A DNA stretch of 64,000 nucleotides from NCBI GenBank assembly GCA_051294375.1, contig CM119268.1:2067486-2131485 (forward strand). Direction: 5' to 3'. Below the pieces are notes generated by a model. It was not told where the DNA came from and did not search any database. It was given only the letters and a program-made list of their open reading frames with translations. This document shows positions 56,777 through 64,000 of the stretch, piece by piece (within the stretch, counting starts at the first letter, position 1; every line of letters begins with the position of its first letter). A program made the position numbers and the translations under genes. This stretch comes from Paraspadella gotoi. Taxonomy: Eukaryota; Animalia; Chaetognatha.

Positions 56777-59700
56777 TCAGCGAAGCAGTTGACTCGGGAG
56801 TCTGTTCGAGTATCTGACTGGGGTGGCTGGTGCTGGAGTTGTCTGGGGATGCTGCTGTTCCTGTCTTCGATGATAGAGTCGAGCGCGGTTGCCATAATCG
56901 TCGGGGGACTTGGATCTGAAAGAAAAAAAGACGGTTACTTGATTACATTTTTTTATTGAAAGCGTTTAGTGTATATGTTAATCAATAAATATAATTTATC
57001 AAAGAATATGTATTAACCATAGTTGTCTTTAGACTACGTGCCGACTGAGCATTTTGTAACGATAAAAGGAATTATCAAAAAGGGACCAAAAAAACTGAAA
57101 CGAAGACAATTTTTGAAAACAAAGCTATCGGGTCGTCTCAAGTTGTACGACGCAATTTTGCCTAAATTTCGAAGTGAGACAGTACAGTAATAATTGTTAT
57201 GAGTTAGGAACAGAACCGTTCAATATAAGAAGACTAGATGTCCCCGAGTTTCGGATCAGGCTGTAAAACCGACCTTCGGGTTGGGAGGCGAATGACTTGC
57301 CTCCTGCACCAATGGCCGCTGATGAACGGTTGGTGGATTTTAGTCCATAGAAGGCAAATATCAAAATCGATCGGAGTGGAGGGAACAATGTAAATCTTTG
57401 TTCCATGAGGACGGTGCGAACCTGTACGAAGAGGCAGTCGAATACGGCGACGAAGATCTCGATCTTGAAGACGATGAAGACGACGACCGCGACGAAACCG
57501 GCGTCGGCGACCGCGGCTTCCTGTTGTAGGGAACGGGTCTTTTCCGCGCCGACGTGATCCGACGTCGCTCCAAATAGTGGGGCGAGTCGCGACGCTTTCG
57601 CCACGGAGGCGGAGACGCCGACGCCTTGCGACGCCATCGTCCTTCCGCGCTGCGAGACCTGCTGCGCGCTCTGATGGGTTCAATAATAGTTGAAATAAAG
57701 TATGAATACATCCAGAGAAATTGCAATGGAACTCCGTAGACTTGAATTTACCCTTTGTTCGGACTGTCCCGCTTTTGGGCGAGCCTTTCTCTACTCCGCG
57801 ACCTTCCTCGGCGCTTGTTGGGCGTTTCCAGAATTGGCGCCGGTCCGAGGCCACGCGGCCCGCCCATCGCCGACGGTCTGTCATGGCAATGGGGAATTTG
57901 TATTAATAATGAGAATTGTAATTTATATGTTATATTGAGCCTTCTCGTTTCTCACCCTTGCGGGACTAAACTGCCCTTCTTGACCGGGGTACCGGGCGGC
58001 GCTCCGGGTCCCGCTATGAGGAGCGGCGCGTTGCCGCCCGGCCCCGGCTTTTTCCTCAGCCCGCGCTTTTTCTCGATGAGTTCGGCGCGGGCACGGGCCT
58101 CGCGCGCCAGCAGCTCCGCTTCGTCGTCGATCAGCGCCGCGGCGATCTTGTCGCGGTCCGCAGCTGTCAAGTCGGATCTTCGGTTCCATCGGGACGGGGG
58201 AGAGGGGAGGGGAAATGGAAAGAAAATGGAAGAGCATTAGAATTTATAGAAAATTCATAGTCTTCGTAGAAAATATTTTTTTAAAAAAAGGACTGTTTTG
58301 GAAGATAAAGAGTGCGAAATGGCGTTTTGTTTTGTTTATTATTTCTGTCGATTCCTATGCTTTGTTTTAAAACCCCCCCCCTTCGAAGATTAAAAAGGCT
58401 CTGGCAGTTACTATTTAAGATGAAGCCTGCGGTGGTTAATTTCCAGTTATGAAATATATTTTTCTCGATATATGAATATCAAATAAACAGGGGCTTCAGT
58501 TTTAATAGTCGCCGCTCAAAACTCAAAGTACTATCGGCAAAACTAGGTAAAAAAAAAATCGGCGAATCACAAGAAGTGGTTGTAAATTACTAGAGGTGAA
58601 CCGGATCTCCGGTTCAGACCGTACCCGGTTGAAAAGAATTTTAATAGATATTGTTATTAAAGACCTTTTCTATTATCAAACATCAGGGCTGGACGACTTG
58701 GCAAATTGCGAACTTATTATTCCATGTTCGACGTATTATTATTATTCGTTTTGGTTATACCCAAATATCGTTATTTTTTAACTCTTAATTCATCGATATA
58801 CTAATTCGGGACGGTCATATCATTTTCCACCTGGATTTTAATTTATCGGAAATAAAATGAACCTGAATTCCAACAATAATTCTAATATTTAAAAAAAAAA
58901 GAATTTATGTACAATATTTTAGAAGATTAATTAAAAAAAAGAAGAATTTGTTTGTAAAATCGACACCTGAATCCGTAAACATTGAAATACTCACTGCAGG
59001 TCCTAGTCAATGTATTCTCCTAATGTCGCGGGTGAGAGAAAAAAAAAGAAGAACAAAGAAAAAAACCATTCGATCTGCTGCCGGTGAAAAAAGATTACAA
59101 AAAAAAAAAAGAAAGAAAGAAAGAGGGCCAACGATGGTGTTTTGTTTTGTTTTTCCATTTTTGAACGAAGAAGCAGAAATAAAAGAGGCACTCATATTAG
59201 ACGTTATAATGGCTTTTGAGTTATTTTGTTGACGATATAGTATTTTAAATTTAATTACCATTTTTTTTTCCTTGCAACAATAGAAACTCGCTTTCTCTCA
59301 AAGAATGGGTTGAGAAAACAGAGGCTCGGTTTCAATGAAGATAGCGTTTTTTAGCTATTTTATCAGGAATCCGACCGAAATTCGTGAGTTCAAAGAAAGA
59401 GAATGTGTAAAAAATGAAAAAAAAATGAAGAACGACATGAGATTAAGTGAATTGAAAATTTGGTTTCCGAAATTTCCTTTTTTTTATTTGCGGGTTTTCT
59501 GTTTATTAGAAAAGATATTTAAATACCGGGAGTAACACTCGACATATATGTTTCGTACAGTCGTGAAGTAGATGTTTCGGTTTAACTTTATTTGTCCACA
59601 ACGAGGTGATATTATTAGTAGAAATTAATTCCATAACTATCGCCCAAATAACGCGCACAATGATGAAGAGGAAGGGAAAAGAAGTTTACGGTTAATTCTT

Positions 59701-61040
59701 TTTTTTCCCGACAGAGGTCTAACCTGTTGACTCCTCCGTTGGCATTAAAGTAAGGTCCGGCTTGCGATTGATGCAGCAGGGAAGGAGCTCCGCCTCGCCC
59801 GCCTCCCTGCCCCATGTGCCCGCCCCCGGACATGGGTCCGTTGATGGGCGAGAGTCCGGGAGGCGGCGGCCCTAGAATCGATTGCTGGTGAATCGGGTGA
59901 TGGTGATGGTGATGATGATGGTGATTGTGATGATCCGGATTTCCTCTGTGATTCCTGCTGCTGAAATTATCCATGAATCTCCCGTCGCCGTGATGTTGTT
60001 GCTGCTGCTGCTGCTGCGTCTGCTGTTGTTGCAAGCCTTTCATCCTTGGCCCGAATCTCTCGTTGCCTCCCATTTTTCGATTCCTTCCCCGCTGTCTGCC
60101 GCCTCCTCCTCCTCCTCCTCCTCCTCCCGCCCTAGGATCCTCCCGATGCTGGAGTTCTCCGCCCACTGGGAATCCCTCCACGCCGCCGCCACCTCCGGCT
60201 CCGACCCTCTCTCCTCTGAACGGAGCCGACATCGCCGGCGGCGGCGCCTCCGCCACTTCCGGTTTCGGAGAGATCCGCGCGGGACCTCTCGCCTCCGCTA
60301 CTTCCGGCGCTCCGGCGGGCGATCGCGATCGCTCGGTTTCGCGCGGCGCCGGCGACGGGGATCCGCGGGAACGGGCGCGTTTTCGGTGGTGACGCCGGCG
60401 ACGATGACGATGTCGACGGTGATGCTTCTTGCGTCCGCGTCGCGACCGGCTGCGTCGATCCTCTTCCTCCTCGTCTTCCTCTTCTTCCTCCGGGGCGTCC
60501 TCTTGATTTTCGGGGCGCTCCTCCGTTGGGTTTGCTTCAAATATCGAAATAATAAGTGAAGTAAATTAGTACTGGTGTATAGCGTCATCCTTGAAAAATT
60601 AAAAATATATACTGTATGTAGTATCCCAAGATAAAATGAAATAACCTACAGACCTGTTTGCCAGTCGTAGTCATTGAATAAAAAGATGGTAATTATTTTG
60701 AGAATATAGTTTGAAATAAATGTTTATTTAATATATATTGATAAATAGTTTTAAAAACCTGGACACTTGGAATCCTCATCCTTCTCCTCATTTTCTTCCT
60801 CGTTGTTTTCCTCGTAAATCGGCTGAGCTTCTCGCTTCATCTTCATGGCGATGTGTTCCTTCACCAAAAGCATCTGGCGGAAGATCGAGACTTTCCGCTG
60901 AATCTCCTCCGCTTTGAATCTGAGGGTGAGGAAGAGAAGAGGAAGAGGAAAGGTGAGTTCGGCGGGTGGGTTGATTTTTTTAATTGTCACTTGACGAGAT
61001 CACAACTAAGTCATTGGAACAGTTTTCTCTCTTCCTCTCT

Positions 61041-61100
<60 letters not shown>

Positions 61101-61279
61101 CTCCCTTCCCCCATCCCTCCACCCTCGACTCACCCTTGGTATTCATGACTCAATTTCATTGCCATGCACTTGAGCTCGACCTTGCGTTGGAGCCTCGCTT
61201 CTCTCTCGTAGTCGACGAACTCTTCGTCGTTTCGTGGAAGATCGTCGGCTCCGGTCACGTGACCGTTCATCCCAGTCAT
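56777..61279 (-). CDS. Srrm234: Srrm2/3/4-family splicing regulator with cwf21 domain and eMIC (SRRM_C) domain, multi-exon
   Basis: cwf21 RKVELKCM..QG|FKAEEIQRKVSIFRQMLL; RS tracts; eMIC WRKRRDSPHYLERRRITSARKRPVPY at about 57523-57603; all junctions in phase. Confidence 0.88.
57176..57350. mobile_element. Dispersed intronic element, family A copy 2
   Basis: Reverse-complement match to 17958-18180, lacking an internal segment of about 55 nt; in last intron of the Srrm gene. Confidence 0.75.
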
Positions 61280-63486
61280 CGTCGTTTCTTCCGGAATCGG
61301 CAAACGAGGTAATAATAATAAGTTGGTTTCGTGCAAAATTCCCATGGCTCGATCGACGACTTGTCAAAGATCGGAAATTGCGTTGAAAGACGAATCTGTA
61401 GTTGTCCGCATTTACTTTTTTTTCTTTCACTTTTTGGGAAGAACGAATAAAAATCTGTCTCTCTCTCTCTTTTCGTCTTTCTCGCTCACTCTCTCTCTCT
61501 CAATCTTTCTTTCTCTCGGTCCTCAGTGTCCTTGCGAAGGTCAAACTGAAGAGGACAGAATCTCATTCATTTCGTCTCGGGTCGAGATTCCGCATCAATT
61601 ATCGATTCCATCGACGATGGAATCCTATTTTATTTTTGGGCCAATCGCTGATCGAGGACGAAATCCGGATTTTTTTTTAAAGGTTTTTATTTTTATTTTT
61701 ATTTTTTATTTTTTTCTTCTTTTTGAAAACTCTCCAAAAATGAAATGACTCTTTTTTTTTATCTTTGGTCGTTGGCGAATTTAATTCCCTCCAATTTATT
61801 TAATGAATAATTATTTTTTCTTGCACGCTTCGAAGGCAATTTCAGCGATTTTTCGTAGCTTAGGAGATTGAAAAGTAAAGGTTTCGATGCCGATCGAATT
61901 AAACAAGAAATCAAAGGCCGCACGATCGAAATCTTAACGTAAAAAAAAAAGCAAGGATTCCACGCTTCTTCCTTTGGATCCGTCGAGTCGGCCTGATATG
62001 GTGCCATGGATGGAACGCGGCTCGCAGGTGGCCTCCTGCGGCGGCCGCTGCGGTTTTCTCTGCGTCGGCTTTTGACGTCGCTGTTCCACGGCCGACGACC
62101 GTTTCTACGAGGCCCCGTTTCGTGCATGTTTCCATTGGCGATTTTCTCCCTTTCTCTTATCCTTTCCTCCTTGCGTTCCACCTCTTCCTCTTCGTTTCCA
62201 TCTCCCGTCCTCCGTCCTCTTCCTCTTCCTCCTCTTCCTCCGCGTTTCCGCTCTGAGTATTTGACTTCGGCTCGTTGTTGCGTGTTCGTCGTGTGCCCGA
62301 TCAATGCCTTCGTTCTGGAGGGTTTCGGGGGTCGCGAAAGGATAATTTTTTAAAAAATTATTGTTTATTTTATTTTTTTAAAATAATTTTCTTTAATTTC
62401 GAATTTATTCGCTTCCATAATTTATTACATTTAAAAATTTGAAGTATGATAAATGTTTAAGAATAAATAAAAAATTAAAAAAAGTTATTATTTTGATTTA
62501 AAATTGTTTAATTTATATTGAGAAATAGGTATTTTTAAAAAAAAATTGTTGCAATCTTTTTTTTAGAAAGCGCGACCCCTGAGGACGGACCATCTGTCGC
62601 ATGAAGACTTTTTTTTGTCTAACTCTTGATGAAGTTTCAGTCAGATGTTAGAGAAGTTTCATAATCGTTGTGGCTAAAGGCTTATGTATACATAGAATAA
62701 ATTCATAGAATATGAATATTAAAGATCCGTTAAGAAGCTCATTATTTGACTTATATCATTTGAGAACATCAAAACTTTCGAAAATAAAAAAAATATAGAA
62801 TTAATTAATTTGAAAATATTTCTATAACCCTAGGTGTATTTCTTGTTGAGTTTTTCAAAAATTCTTATCTTTCCTATATTTAAGTATTTTATCTAATTTT
62901 ATAAGTTTATTTTGAGATGAATCGTTCACTCCAAAGATAATGATTATTATTTCTTTGAAAATTTAGTTTTATCAAAAAATGTAACATTAATTTAACAAAT
63001 GAACAGAGAATCGTTCAGATGGCACGGCAATCTTTCCGCGCTCCTCTGTTTCCGAACGAAAACAAAAGATTTTTTCCATTAAAAGCGATAAGGACTTGGA
63101 TGCACCCCATCATAATTAGACTTTTAAAATTACTTTTTACTTTCTTTTTAAAAGTTGTCTTGTTTTAATATTAATTAGTACATTAGAAAGTATAGACACA
63201 ACGTATAGATATTGTCAATGGTTTCAATTATTATCATACTCAAGGTTTTAAATATAACTTATCTTTCCTATTACTATTAGTTAAAAAAAACAAAAAAAAA
63301 CTTCAAAAAAATTATTTTTTTTTCGGCTTGAAACTATGCTAAATTCATCGGTGGAATCTTTCTTTGACAAACAATATAATACTAATTGCCATATTACTAT
63401 TCTCCCTCGACCAAACTGAACGAACGATATTAAGAAATATGGTATATTCAAGTATCACAAAATTCACAATTTTCCTCGCTACAAAG

Positions 63487-64000
63487 TCAGACTTTTGGAA
63501 GTCCATAATGACGATTCAAAAGTTCGGTGGATTTGAAAATGGATTTGGTTTTGATTGGAACGATCGTTGGGAAGTAAGTCAATCCCGAAGCTTCGATCAA
63601 CTGCTCCTCGGCGGGCGGCTCGATGATGTCGAGTTGAGAGTTGAACCTGTGAGAGGAATAGGAAGTCTGGGTGAGCAATATAAAAAGATTTAAAAAAAAA
63701 CTGTCAATTTAGTTTGTATGAAATATAATGTTAAACTGCTTAAAAGTGCAGACAAACAAAATCGCTAATTTTGATAAGCATCAGATTCTCGCGACGTCTT
63801 TGAATTAAATTTTATTTATCTGATGTTTGAAGTTATTAGAGCCATAAATTAAATGTTATTTGTTATCTGATGTTTAAAGTTATTCGCGCCCGAATTTTTG
63901 TTATATTTGTCAATCGTAAACGCTGAATATTTGTGATACGACGAGGCGCGATACGATTCCACGTCCGCCCACCTGACTGAGTTCTGCGCGGTGGTGCCGT
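63487..64000 (-). CDS. Possible 3' end of a gene entering from outside the window
   Basis: GC-rich block 63940-64000 and acceptor cctctcacag preceding an open frame to 63487; no recognisable domain. Confidence 0.3.

Noticed and set aside
57316-57350. Hammerhead ribozyme at ctgatga in family A
   Set aside because: No stem II followed by GAAA in either copy
58590-58632. Perfect hairpin tgaaccggatctccggttca next to ctag (Helitron 3' end or hAT MITE end)
   Set aside because: No matching other terminus or second copy in the window

Overview
Gene-dense eukaryotic (bilaterian animal) genomic DNA with GC-rich exons and mostly short (about 55-100 nt) AT-rich spliceosomal introns; the ORF track fragments nearly every gene, so models were rebuilt by hand from GT/AG sites and reading frame. 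In order: 3' half of ROCK, Chibby, SETD8/PR-Set7, API5, PLPP6-like, DCAF7/WDR68, MAD2, SLC25A34/35, UBE2Z (all + strand, tightly spaced); CCDC62 (-); a weak orphan (-); a small protein with two TDP-43-NTD-like repeats; a LOTUS-Tudor gene carrying a 2.1-kb Tc1/mariner-type foldback element; a small putative mitochondrial membrane protein (-); a KCTD-type BTB gene; an ST6GalNAc-type sialyltransferase; a degenerate PRMT1-like gene; OPA3; a large disordered C2H2 protein; DDX5/17; and an Srrm2/3/4 gene (-) with cwf21 and eMIC domains. Best leads: (1) an SRRM3/4-like eMIC gene with a candidate 25-nt poison microexon, an intronic polyA option and twin bantam-seed sites, plus a candidate 12-nt microexon in ROCK; (2) operon-like co-oriented gene runs with apparently unpaired acceptors (SL trans-splicing hypothesis); (3) two families of structured intronic dispersed elements; (4) a pseudo-PRMT, an RRM-less TDP-43-NTD protein and an ST6GalNAc. 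All homology calls come from recognising motifs by eye, not from database searches; species not identified.
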